In this document: positions 11,305-19,261 of the stretch, one piece after another | Numbering within the stretch: position 1 is the first letter of the stretch | Layout: every line of letters begins with the position of its first letter | DNA from: Desulfobaccales bacterium | GTDB taxonomy: Bacteria > Desulfobacterota > Desulfobaccia > Desulfobaccales > 0-14-0-80-60-11 | Direction of reading: 5' to 3' | Length of the DNA: 38,860 nucleotides | Assembly (NCBI GenBank): GCA_050014275.1 | Contig: JBEKDQ010000002.1 | Span: 1 to 38,860 of the forward strand | Translations under genes and position numbers: made by a program | The notes under the pieces: model-generated | Databases searched by the model: none | Seen by the model: the letters and a program-made list of their open reading frames with translations, nothing else | What the model was told of the DNA's origin: nothing

Positions 11305-11966
11305 CCTTCTTCCTCCACCTGGTACAAGGCGGACGCCAACCGGGCCATCCTCCTGGACTCAGCCACCACCGCGGGCAGGCAGGAGGATTTTAGGGAACAT
11401 TGGCGGCAACGCTTATCATTGGGGGCCGGCGGCAGTATCCGGGCCTGCAAGATTTCCCGCAGTTGCACCGCCGCCTCTTTCAGGCGGCGGCGCAAGGCCG
11501 GGTCGAAGATCACTTCCCGGCGATGCTGAGAGGAGGCATGAAAAATGGCCCCCGCCGGCACCTGCTGACCGGTCATCTCTTCCAGACATACCGCCTGCCC
11601 GCACAATTGCAAGTCGTCATGCTCCCGCCGCCGCCGGGGACCGTGTTTGTAATCCACCGGATAAGGAATCGAGCCGTGGAATTCCACAATGTCCGCCTTG
11701 CCCACCAATCCCCAGCGGCGAGACCATAAAGGCAGACTGCGCTCCACCCGGATCTCCCCCAGGGTTTCAGAGCCGGGTTGATCCACGATTTCATGGACAA
11801 ATCGCCCCCGCTGGGTATAGAGGTTTTCATCCCAGACCATTTCCACGTGGATGAGGGCGGCCTGCCGGGGGCAGTAAGCAAAGTGCTCCAGGGCGGAAAT
11901 AGGGATGAAATCCTGCTCATCGAATTCCGCAGCCGGTTCTTCCATTTCGTCCATCATGGCGCGCAC
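11301..11966 (-). CDS. cas4: CRISPR-associated exonuclease Cas4
   Basis: RecB-like nuclease with an N-terminal Cys (FAYCPRQ) and a C-terminal CRQCSLKSSC cluster, the four Fe-S Cys. Its stop overlaps the cas1 start (ATGA). Confidence 0.9.
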   Translation of the reverse strand: MRAMMDEMEEPAAEFDEQDFIPISALEHFAYCPRQAALIHVEMVWDENLYTQRGRFVHEIVDQPGSETLGEIRVERSLPLWSRRWGLVGKADIVEFHGSIPYPVDYKHGPRRRREHDDLQLCGQAVCLEEMTGQQVPAGAIFHASSQHRREVIFDPALRRRLKEAAVQLREILQARILPPAPNDKRCRQCSLKSSCLPAVVAESRRMARLASALYQVEEEG

Positions 11967-11987
11967 CTCTTTCGTTCAGTCCCGGCT

Positions 11988-13085
11988 TCACCCCTCCAGG
12001 ATGGTGAGGGTGACGCCGTCGAAAGGTGAAGCCAGCGGTCCTGGGGCGGGGTGGGAAACCACGTAGTCTTCAAACTGCCGCGGCGGCTCATTTTCCGGCT
12101 CAATCTTGATTAATTTAAAAAGCTTGTGCGCCGCCGCATTGCCTCTCATGTTTTCATGGGTAAAGATATAAAGTCCCTGGCAGGCCATCTCCCCACGGGC
12201 AGCGGAGCGGTCGTAATCAAACATATAGAGCAAAGCCTCCCAGAATAATCTCAGGTCTGTTTCCATCACCCCAGTACCGTTTCTCTCCTTATCGGCCAGA
12301 TAGGGACTATAAAATCCATGGGCCTCGTAAAGACCATAGGGGACCAGTGCCTTTCGGCCAATCTCCGTGGTCCCGGTCTCCATGCGCTCTGCGGTGGTAC
12401 GGGCCTGGCGCGTAATGGTTAAATCCATGGGTAAGATGGGAGAGCGCGACATGGCAAAGGTCAATTGCATGGGACCTCTTACCTGTCCAGCGTTTAGGCC
12501 GGTGGACAGCACCGCGCCGAACATGCGGATATCGTAGTATTTTTGGGCCATATATTGCCGGGCTTCCTCACGCTTCTGCGGGGAAATCCCCTTTTGTCCT
12601 TTCGCAGCATTGGCCAAATCTTTAGCTACTTTTTGCAATTTCTTTTTCAAATCCTCAGAAGCCTCTTCATCCAATGCCTCCATCAACAATTTTTTTATAT
12701 CATTTGCTTTGATGGATTCTCCACCAAAACTGAGGTTATCCCCATCCACAGAGAAGACCTCAAGTGCTGCAGAATTGAACCAATCTAGCAGTTCTTCATC
12801 TTCAAGCGTTATTTGAGGAGGCTCCGCTCCTACATCGCGTAATGCCTTCGCAATCAAGCTATTCAAGGCGTTCCGGCTTTGAATGAAAATGGCCTGATCA
12901 TGGAGCAGACTTACATAATTGCGTACCTTTCTCTTCAGGCAGACATCCGTTACCAATCCAAAGGTGTTTTCCGGATCAAACCGGGGCAGATTGCCGGCGT
13001 CGGGGTCGCCGTTGGGATTGCCGTTCACCACGTCAAACAAGTAGACAAAGTCGTGGCGTTTGCGCGGATCGAGATGGCTGTTCAT
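11988..13085 (-). CDS. cas7: Cas7 (Csd2) backbone subunit, type I-C
   Basis: N-terminal YLFDVVNGNPNGDPDAGNLPRFDPE is the Csd2/Cas7 signature. 365 aa. Overlaps the cas8c stop by 4 nt. Confidence 0.9.
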   Translation of the reverse strand: MNSHLDPRKRHDFVYLFDVVNGNPNGDPDAGNLPRFDPENTFGLVTDVCLKRKVRNYVSLLHDQAIFIQSRNALNSLIAKALRDVGAEPPQITLEDEELLDWFNSAALEVFSVDGDNLSFGGESIKANDIKKLLMEALDEEASEDLKKKLQKVAKDLANAAKGQKGISPQKREEARQYMAQKYYDIRMFGAVLSTGLNAGQVRGPMQLTFAMSRSPILPMDLTITRQARTTAERMETGTTEIGRKALVPYGLYEAHGFYSPYLADKERNGTGVMETDLRLFWEALLYMFDYDRSAARGEMACQGLYIFTHENMRGNAAAHKLFKLIKIEPENEPPRQFEDYVVSHPAPGPLASPFDGVTLTILEG

Positions 13086-13513
13086 GTTTGCACCTCCTCT
13101 GGATTATTAGAATTTTCTAACGCTGGCTCTTCCGGTTTGTCTTTCTTGAAGGCTAATGCCGCCCGCTGGTGGTAGTATCCCAGGGCAAATTCGGCCTGAC
13201 CGGGCATGGTCAGGGTATGGGGGAATCCCCCTGCGGCGTCTATCTGGTTCATAACTTCCGTTAAAAGTTTTTCCATCCTGTATCCCTGGTTATCCCGCCG
13301 CAATTTGGGGAGATGAGAGGTTTTCGCCCTACTCAGCAGCAGCCCCCCCAGGGCTGCCTTGGGAGTGAGAGAAGCCGCGCCATAGAACCGGTCCACGATG
13401 GTGGTGTTCAGCTTCTTGGGCCTGGCGTGGAGGCGCTGAATCTCTTCCAGAACAGCGAAAAGGCGACCTGACAAATAAGCCGGTTGCTCCCGATAAGGAT
13501 CGAGTTGCTGCAT
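13082..13513 (-). CDS. cas11c: Possible internally translated small subunit (Cas11c) from the cas8c 3' end
   Basis: In-frame ATG at 13513 (MQQLDPYREQPAYLSG.., 143 aa to the cas8c stop). It is preceded inside the gene by AAGGAGGAAG with an 8-nt spacer (AAAAAGGAGGAAGCCAAGACCATG). Confidence 0.4.
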   Translation of the reverse strand: MQQLDPYREQPAYLSGRLFAVLEEIQRLHARPKKLNTTIVDRFYGAASLTPKAALGGLLLSRAKTSHLPKLRRDNQGYRMEKLLTEVMNQIDAAGGFPHTLTMPGQAEFALGYYHQRAALAFKKDKPEEPALENSNNPEEVQT

Positions 13514-15016
13514 GGTCTTGGCTTCCTCCTTTTTAAAGGTTAAGGCCAGCTTGATGGCCGCCGCGATTATCTGAAAAGGTGGCGCGTTTTCTTGATAGGC
13601 GGCCAATTCTCTCCCTTGGGGTGTGCGCAGTCTTTGGACCGCGTCTTCCAGCAGACCCGGAGGCGGCGGTTGGCTCAGATAGGCCGTTCGCAACAACCCT
13701 CTGAGCAAATTGGGGCTGACGTCCACAATGTTTTGAATTCCTCCTTTTTCTCCCTCCCGCCGTTTCTTTGCCCGTCGGGCATTCTTAAAAATTTCGATTA
13801 TCCGAGGAATGGAAAAGGCCCGAGGTTCTTCGCCAACCGGCCCCACGATCTTGAGAGCTTCCACAAAGGCATTCAAATTCTTAACCAGGGGCCGGAGAGA
13901 AACACTTATCCACTCTCGGATGGCTATTCTGCCCTTTCCGTTAGGAGATAATACGGCCAGATAAAACCGGTTGTCGGGAATCGACAACACGCTTTCCTGG
14001 GAATGCCAGGGTATCTTTAACGCCTCTTGCAGAAGGTTAAGGGTCGCCTCGGCTTTCGGGTTCGGGTCCAATGGCGCACTGAAAAGTTTGAGCGGCTCCT
14101 GTTCTTCTTCCGCTTCAGGCGCACCTTTAGGTCCATGCTTGAGCCAGAATACGGCCATGTGGTTTTTAAAAGTGTTAAAGTCGGTTTTCCCTTTGGCCTT
14201 CAGGTCGGTCATCAATTCCTGATGGTAGCTCTCTTTTGACAGGAGAAGATTGAGCGCTTGCGCCGCATTTTCTCCACAGGTAAGGCAGACGCCCAAGTGA
14301 GCGTCAGCGTCATCTGTATTAAAGGAGACAAAGGCGTTCTCATTGATGCTCATTAACTGCCGACGTCCTTTGAAAAGTTTCACCTTGGTCGGGATTATTC
14401 TGATTAAGGGGCCGTGCTTGCCGCACACGGAACAAAAGCCTTGCTCAATTTCACCCGATTTCTTATGCTTGGCCACCTCAGAGGCAACGCGATCTTGCCA
14501 GAACGCCTTGATATCGGGATGTTGAAAAAGATGTTTGCCACCAAGACCCCCGCCTTCATAGGCAAATGAGACCCAATCCTTATTGGCGATTTCTTGATAT
14601 TTGGGGTCTTTTTCCACCAGTCTGTTTTTTATCACCGCGTCCAAAGACTCTAATGCCTGGCGCAAATCCCGGTCTTTTACCAGGGGGGAATCCAGTACCT
14701 CTTGCAAGAGCCGCATGAAAGCGTCATGCTTTTTCCCTGCGTCCTCATCAAATCCGCCTTTCTTTTCCTTCTTGCTGACCCCCAGGGCATAGCCGGCTTC
14801 GTCAGCCACCGGATAGGAAAAAATTCCGGAAGTCCGTTTGGCAATCATCGGGCGGGGAGGGGAAACCCCTGATTCCCCTATATGAATGTCCACAGGGAGG
14901 CCGGGGATGATGGTAACCATCCATTTGATGGGATTGTTGCTATAAGAAGAAAATCCTACCGGTGGTAAAACCTCCTCTTCCAAATTCCCGGCCAGTTCAA
15001 CCAGTTCCTTTAACAT
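13082..15016 (-). CDS. cas8c: Cas8c (Csd1) large subunit, type I-C
   Basis: 644-aa protein between cas5 and cas7, in the canonical I-C order cas3-cas5-cas8c-cas7-cas4-cas1-cas2. Call rests on size, position and Csd1-like N-terminus. Confidence 0.85.
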   Translation of the reverse strand: MLKELVELAGNLEEEVLPPVGFSSYSNNPIKWMVTIIPGLPVDIHIGESGVSPPRPMIAKRTSGIFSYPVADEAGYALGVSKKEKKGGFDEDAGKKHDAFMRLLQEVLDSPLVKDRDLRQALESLDAVIKNRLVEKDPKYQEIANKDWVSFAYEGGGLGGKHLFQHPDIKAFWQDRVASEVAKHKKSGEIEQGFCSVCGKHGPLIRIIPTKVKLFKGRRQLMSINENAFVSFNTDDADAHLGVCLTCGENAAQALNLLLSKESYHQELMTDLKAKGKTDFNTFKNHMAVFWLKHGPKGAPEAEEEQEPLKLFSAPLDPNPKAEATLNLLQEALKIPWHSQESVLSIPDNRFYLAVLSPNGKGRIAIREWISVSLRPLVKNLNAFVEALKIVGPVGEEPRAFSIPRIIEIFKNARRAKKRREGEKGGIQNIVDVSPNLLRGLLRTAYLSQPPPPGLLEDAVQRLRTPQGRELAAYQENAPPFQIIAAAIKLALTFKKEEAKTMQQLDPYREQPAYLSGRLFAVLEEIQRLHARPKKLNTTIVDRFYGAASLTPKAALGGLLLSRAKTSHLPKLRRDNQGYRMEKLLTEVMNQIDAAGGFPHTLTMPGQAEFALGYYHQRAALAFKKDKPEEPALENSNNPEEVQT

Positions 15017-15710
15017 TGACCCCCTCCTGTTCGTAGAGCTCCAGATATTTTTCCGGAGGAACCTTGAGGACGCCTTTCTCTAATCTTGCCGGGAAAAAAA
15101 TCGCCTGGGCCTGCCCGGTTGATGGTGTCATTTGCCTCCCTTTGGCGTCATGTCGCCAGAATTTCAATTTCTTGGTAGGATCAACCCGGAAGGCGATATC
15201 GAACAACATCATGCCGAAATCCCAATCTTCCTCGCGGCAAGCAACCTCTTGGCCGTGGGGATTTTCGAACCAGGCGGCAAATTCCCTGGTTCCCAGGTAT
15301 GGGGTATGATGACAACCCCCTCTCGCCACCTTTCGGTCGAACTGCTCCTGATAAGAACGTAGGTTCTGAGTCGCATGAGCCAATAGCCTGATATCCGCCT
15401 CAATAAGATATTCCACCTCCTTTAAAACCAGGCTGACCCGTTGCTGCCTTAAGTCCTCGATGAAAACAGGTCGATCATCTATTTGCCGGCTTTTCAGTTC
15501 ATTGCGGACAATGGTCATCTCCTTGATAGGTTTAAGCACCCAAATCTCTCTGACTTCCCAACGAAACTCGGGCTTCCAGAAGATGGCCTCCAGAAGGCCC
15601 CGGGCGGCGCTGGGTGTCATTAGCGGATAGCTCACCCGCTCTACCGAAAACCCCGGCCGGGTGAAACAGGCAAAATCGCCCCCAACTTTAAGTCTGATAT
15701 GAGTTTTCAT
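14997..15710 (-). CDS. cas5: Cas5d pre-crRNA endoribonuclease, type I-C
   Basis: MKTHIRLKVGGDFACFTRPGFSVERVSYPLMTPSAARGLLEAIFWKPEF.. is a typical Cas5d N-terminus. 237 aa. Confidence 0.9.
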   Translation of the reverse strand: MKTHIRLKVGGDFACFTRPGFSVERVSYPLMTPSAARGLLEAIFWKPEFRWEVREIWVLKPIKEMTIVRNELKSRQIDDRPVFIEDLRQQRVSLVLKEVEYLIEADIRLLAHATQNLRSYQEQFDRKVARGGCHHTPYLGTREFAAWFENPHGQEVACREEDWDFGMMLFDIAFRVDPTKKLKFWRHDAKGRQMTPSTGQAQAIFFPARLEKGVLKVPPEKYLELYEQEGVNVKGTG

Positions 15711-15731
15711 CGAGGTCCCCCAAATTTAAAA

Positions 15732-17915
15732 TCACCAGACCAGATCACAGGGGTCATAATAGGCCCCCACCAGGCCAAGACGTTTATCATAGCCTCCTTT
15801 CCACAGAAAAATTCCCGGCGTAATTTCTTCTAACCATTCATCCTCTTTAAATTTCTGCACTTCCCAGTCATAAAGATTCACCAGATAAGGTTGCAGGCGC
15901 CGCCAGGTTTCTCGGGATGAGTGTGCTTTCCATGCCAGCAAATGTCTGCCGCTCTCTCCATAAGGAACCAGTACCGGAGAGGTGAGCTTGGGAATCAAGC
16001 GGTATTCTTTGGTTACCTTTGGGAAATCCAATACCTTTCGTAATTCCTGGATACCCTTTTTATCCAACTCCACGACTTGAAACAGCCTTCGAAAATAGTC
16101 CTGATAAAGCTCCGGGCTATGGAGCGCCTCAGGTGGATTTAGTTTGAGCAACAGTTGTGCAATTCTCAAACCTTCTTTATAAGGGCCTTTAGGAGCTTTG
16201 CCCTCCGCCAACTCCATAATCACCATTTTTCCCTTTCCTGTTAATTTTCCCCCTTCCCGGTTGCACCTGCCGGCGGCCTGGACGATGCGGTCCAGGGGAC
16301 CGATTGCCCGGTAGACCACGGGGAAATCCAGGTCCACCCCCGCCTCCACTACCTGGGTGCTGATGAGTCGAACGGGTTCCTTTGCTTCCAACCGATCTTT
16401 GACCTCCGCCAGGATGTGTTTGCGGTGCGCGCCACATAGCAGGGTGGAAAGGTGATAAGCGTCCTGGGGTTGGTTTAACTCCAGGAAAAGCCTCACAGCA
16501 TCTTTACGAGTATTGAGGATCACCATGATCTGAGTTTGGTCCTGTATTTCCCCGGCCAAGTCGGCAAAGCTCATAGGCGCAGGGCGCATTTCATAATCCA
16601 CCCGCCGGAGTGCTTCAAAGTGGCGGAGATAATCCGGAACAATCTCCGGGACCTCCACTTGAAATTCCTTGAGATAAGGGGTGTTTTCCCAGGCCGGCTG
16701 GGTGGCCGTGCACAGGACCACGGTAACTCCATAATCCTCCACTAGGGTGCGCAGGACATCCACGGTGGGGCGCAAAAGTTCCGGGGGCATCGTCTGCACT
16801 TCGTCCAGAAGGATGACGCTATGGGCCAGGTTATGAAGTTTGCGGCATCGCCCTGGCTTATTGCTGAAGAGACTTTCAAAGAGCTGCACAGTAGTAGTGA
16901 CGATCACCGGGAAATCCCAGTTTTCTGCAGCGAGCCGGAGTCGTAAGGACTGATTATCCTGGGATTCCGACAGCGCTGTGTTCTTATGGTCATTCACCTG
17001 GCTGTGGTGCTCCAGTACCGCGTCCTCACCTAAAAAATCGCGATAGACCTGGGCGGTCTGATCAATAATGCTGGTGTAAGGAATGGCCGTAATAATTCTC
17101 CTAAGCCCATTCTTAAGAGCATGTCGCAGGCAGAAGGCTAATCCACTGAGAGTTTTTCCTCCCCCCGTGGGCACGGTGAGACGGTATACCCCAGTAGGGC
17201 CGTCTGCTGCTTCCAGACAGGCATTGTATACTGCCTGTCTGATCCTGTTTACCATTTTTGACTCGGCCTTATGCATAAATTTTTTTTCATGTTTTTTTCC
17301 AAACTTATACCACAGTTCGTTTATAGTCGGGCTTTCTTGCCTTATACCAGTTTTGTGTGGATCAACGTGGTCCTCTGTATCTAAGCGATCGGCATCGACA
17401 AGCGCTGAAAAGATCATGCGTATCCAGAGTTCTTTCTTCAAATCCGTCCGAAGTTCGAGGGGAATTTTGGGAGCCTCAGAGCACTGTTTCATTAAATCAA
17501 CAGCAAATTGTTGAAGTTTTTTCATGAAGTCTGGTTCTTTTCGAACGTATTTCACCAAGCGAGCCGACAAATCTCCCGGCTCCTGTAGGCCGGCATGATG
17601 TCCGGCAATGGGAAGAACTACCTCCCGCCAGAAGTTTTTAGATTTCAGCATATTGTAGGCCAGCGCCGCACCCCAAGGCGAATGAGGTGTTGATGGGCAA
17701 GGGGTTCCCTCTGCCTGGGCTTTGAGATACTTCTGAAAAGCTGGAGAGATTTTCCCAAGATCGTGTAAAAGCCCTGCCAGATATGCAATCTGTCCGCCTG
17801 AAAAGCCCGATGCAAATTCCCTGGCTCGTTGTGCCACCTCTATGAGGTGTTCAATCAGGTCGTGCCAGTCGCCGTTTGGCCCTGGAGTATGGGCAAAAAA
17901 TTTTGCATCAGACAT
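15732..17915 (-). CDS. cas3: Cas3 HD-nuclease/helicase
   Basis: HD motif LAGLLHDLGK. Helicase motifs VPTGGGKT, LDEVQ, TATQP. ATG at 17915 (MSDAKFFAHTPG..) is preceded by GAGGA. The tracked ORF runs further upstream to 18014. Confidence 0.92.
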   Translation of the reverse strand: MSDAKFFAHTPGPNGDWHDLIEHLIEVAQRAREFASGFSGGQIAYLAGLLHDLGKISPAFQKYLKAQAEGTPCPSTPHSPWGAALAYNMLKSKNFWREVVLPIAGHHAGLQEPGDLSARLVKYVRKEPDFMKKLQQFAVDLMKQCSEAPKIPLELRTDLKKELWIRMIFSALVDADRLDTEDHVDPHKTGIRQESPTINELWYKFGKKHEKKFMHKAESKMVNRIRQAVYNACLEAADGPTGVYRLTVPTGGGKTLSGLAFCLRHALKNGLRRIITAIPYTSIIDQTAQVYRDFLGEDAVLEHHSQVNDHKNTALSESQDNQSLRLRLAAENWDFPVIVTTTVQLFESLFSNKPGRCRKLHNLAHSVILLDEVQTMPPELLRPTVDVLRTLVEDYGVTVVLCTATQPAWENTPYLKEFQVEVPEIVPDYLRHFEALRRVDYEMRPAPMSFADLAGEIQDQTQIMVILNTRKDAVRLFLELNQPQDAYHLSTLLCGAHRKHILAEVKDRLEAKEPVRLISTQVVEAGVDLDFPVVYRAIGPLDRIVQAAGRCNREGGKLTGKGKMVIMELAEGKAPKGPYKEGLRIAQLLLKLNPPEALHSPELYQDYFRRLFQVVELDKKGIQELRKVLDFPKVTKEYRLIPKLTSPVLVPYGESGRHLLAWKAHSSRETWRRLQPYLVNLYDWEVQKFKEDEWLEEITPGIFLWKGGYDKRLGLVGAYYDPCDLVW

Positions 17916-18006
17916 TTTCTTATCCTCGTTGGTATGGTCAGATAAATCTCTTCTCCCCCGGTGGGAACGTTGAGACGAAAGATCCTCGGTTCCCATTCCG
18001 CCACCT

Positions 18007-18324
18007 TCAAACAAGCCAGGTAGATCCAGCTAATATAAAGGCCAAGCCTTCAAAATATTGTTTCCAGCCCAGCACCGCCCCGGCGCTACTATGGTCAGGT
18101 CCTTTGATTTTTTGATCGGGGTTGGCAGTGCATCGAATGAGATAGTCCTGAAAAGCCGGATCGCACTTACCAAGGTCGTGAAGCAGACCAGCCAGGTACC
18201 CCCATGCAGAGGAATGAAATTTTTCCGCCAATGAACCAGCCACATGGGCTACGGCGTTAAGATGCTGAATTAAAAGATGTCCTTCACCTTTATCATTTTC
18301 TGAATGGGCGAACATATCTTCCAT
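18007..18324 (-). pseudogene. Truncated cas3 HD-domain remnant (about 105 aa, no helicase part)
   Basis: MEDMFAHSENDKGEGHLLIQHLNAVAHVAGSLAEKFHSSAWGYLAGLLHDLGKCDPAFQDYL..DHSSAGA..ILAG* parallels the N-terminus of the adjacent full Cas3 (FFAH..HL..YLAGLLHDLGKISPAFQKYL..IAGHHAGL). It stops where GHH would follow. Confidence 0.55.
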
Positions 18325-18343
18325 TTCATTTAAACCGCCTCCG

Positions 18344-18387
18344 GGTGACCCAATCACAGGTTGGAAGCCTCTGCCACTGTCGCCCCT
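18344..18387. repeat. REP-like nested hairpin repeat (copy of the 35152-35242 element)
   Basis: GGTGACCCAATCACAGGTTGGAAGCCTCTGCCACTGTCGCCCCT closely matches GGGCGACCCAATCACAGGCTGGAAGCCTGTGCCACT...GTCGCCCCT at 35152-35242. Confidence 0.6.
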
Positions 18388-18590
18388 ACCCGGCGCCGGC
18401 GTCTGCAAGGGGCCCCAATCCCGTTCCAGGGCCTCCTCCAAAGCCAGGCCAAGATATTCCCTTGTCTCTCTGGCTTTCAGTCAATCCAAGATTCTTTCTC
18501 GGAAAAATTCAATCCCGCCATTAACAAGATTACATATCATGCAGCATAATGGAGTGGAGGGTCAAGGGATTTAAGAATATCCATTTGGAA

Positions 18591-18979
18591 CAGTCATTCA
18601 TGGACCTTCGGCCCACCCCCAAATTATGAGAAGACCGGTGGGGCGGGCGTCTCGCCCGCCACTCAGTCCGCACAGGCGAGACGCCTGTGCCACCAATTCT
18701 TCACAACTCTTCAAGGCAGTCATTCGGGCCTTCGGCCCACCCGTAAATTATGAAAATGTCGAGCCTCCGCCCCCAGCGGCGAGTTAACCTCAAGAACTTT
18801 TCGGAGCAAATTTATAGGGCGGCCTGCGGCCGCCAAAATTCGGCGGGCATAGCCCGCCCTATTAATTCGACACAGGCTGGAAGCCTGTACCACTAAAGGC
18901 CCTTTTACCGAAAGCTTCATCCCAAGGCGCTCAGGCGAGACGCCTGTGCCACCAATTCTTCACAACTCTTCAAGGCAGT
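18591..18979. repeat. Composite patch of GC-rich short-hairpin (REP/BIME-like) repeats, including a perfect 48-nt direct repeat
   Basis: Identical 48-mer CAGGCGAGACGCCTGTGCCACCAATTCTTCACAACTCTTCAAGGCAGT at 18673-18720 and 18932-18979. A CAGTCATTC..CTTCGGCCCACCC..AAATTATGA module recurs at 18591 and 18718. Hairpins: GGCGGGCG-TCT-CGCCCGCC, GGCGGCC-TGC-GGCCGCC, GGCGGGC-ATA-GCCCGCC, CACAGGCT-GGA-AGCCTGT. Confidence 0.7.
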
Positions 18980-19261
18980 TATCTACCTCTCGCAGGAGGA
19001 GAAAAACCCACGTCCGAGGTGATCTGGGCGTCATGGAAATCTATCCTGATGCCCCGGTTCCGGCCGGATCACCTCTTTCTGGCTTTCACCAAGATTGAGC
19101 ATCTTTGCTCTCTAATTCAGATTATTACTCAATATATCATATGGTTATGTTGATTGACCTCGAATATTGCCAAATAAACCAGAACAATTACCCCTTCATT
19201 TTCCCAGAATAATTTGTTATTTTTTTAAATTAAACCTATTCTCGGATGTCAGGATATAAGG

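Noticed and set aside
17916-18014. 33-aa upstream extension of cas3 (TTG start at 18014) and the extension of the HD remnant ORF to 18441
   Set aside because: There is no RBS. The cas3 extension overlaps the end of the remnant ORF. The remnant's extension is a translation of the REP-like hairpin at 18344-18387.
18720-18920. 66-aa minus-strand ORF inside the hairpin-repeat patch
   Set aside because: Composed entirely of translated REP-like hairpins, with no RBS.
18591-18979. Possibility of a second, degenerate CRISPR array upstream of cas3
   Set aside because: There are only two copies of the 48-mer, separated by 211 nt. The intervening sequence is itself made of unrelated hairpin repeats, and no regular repeat-spacer periodicity exists.
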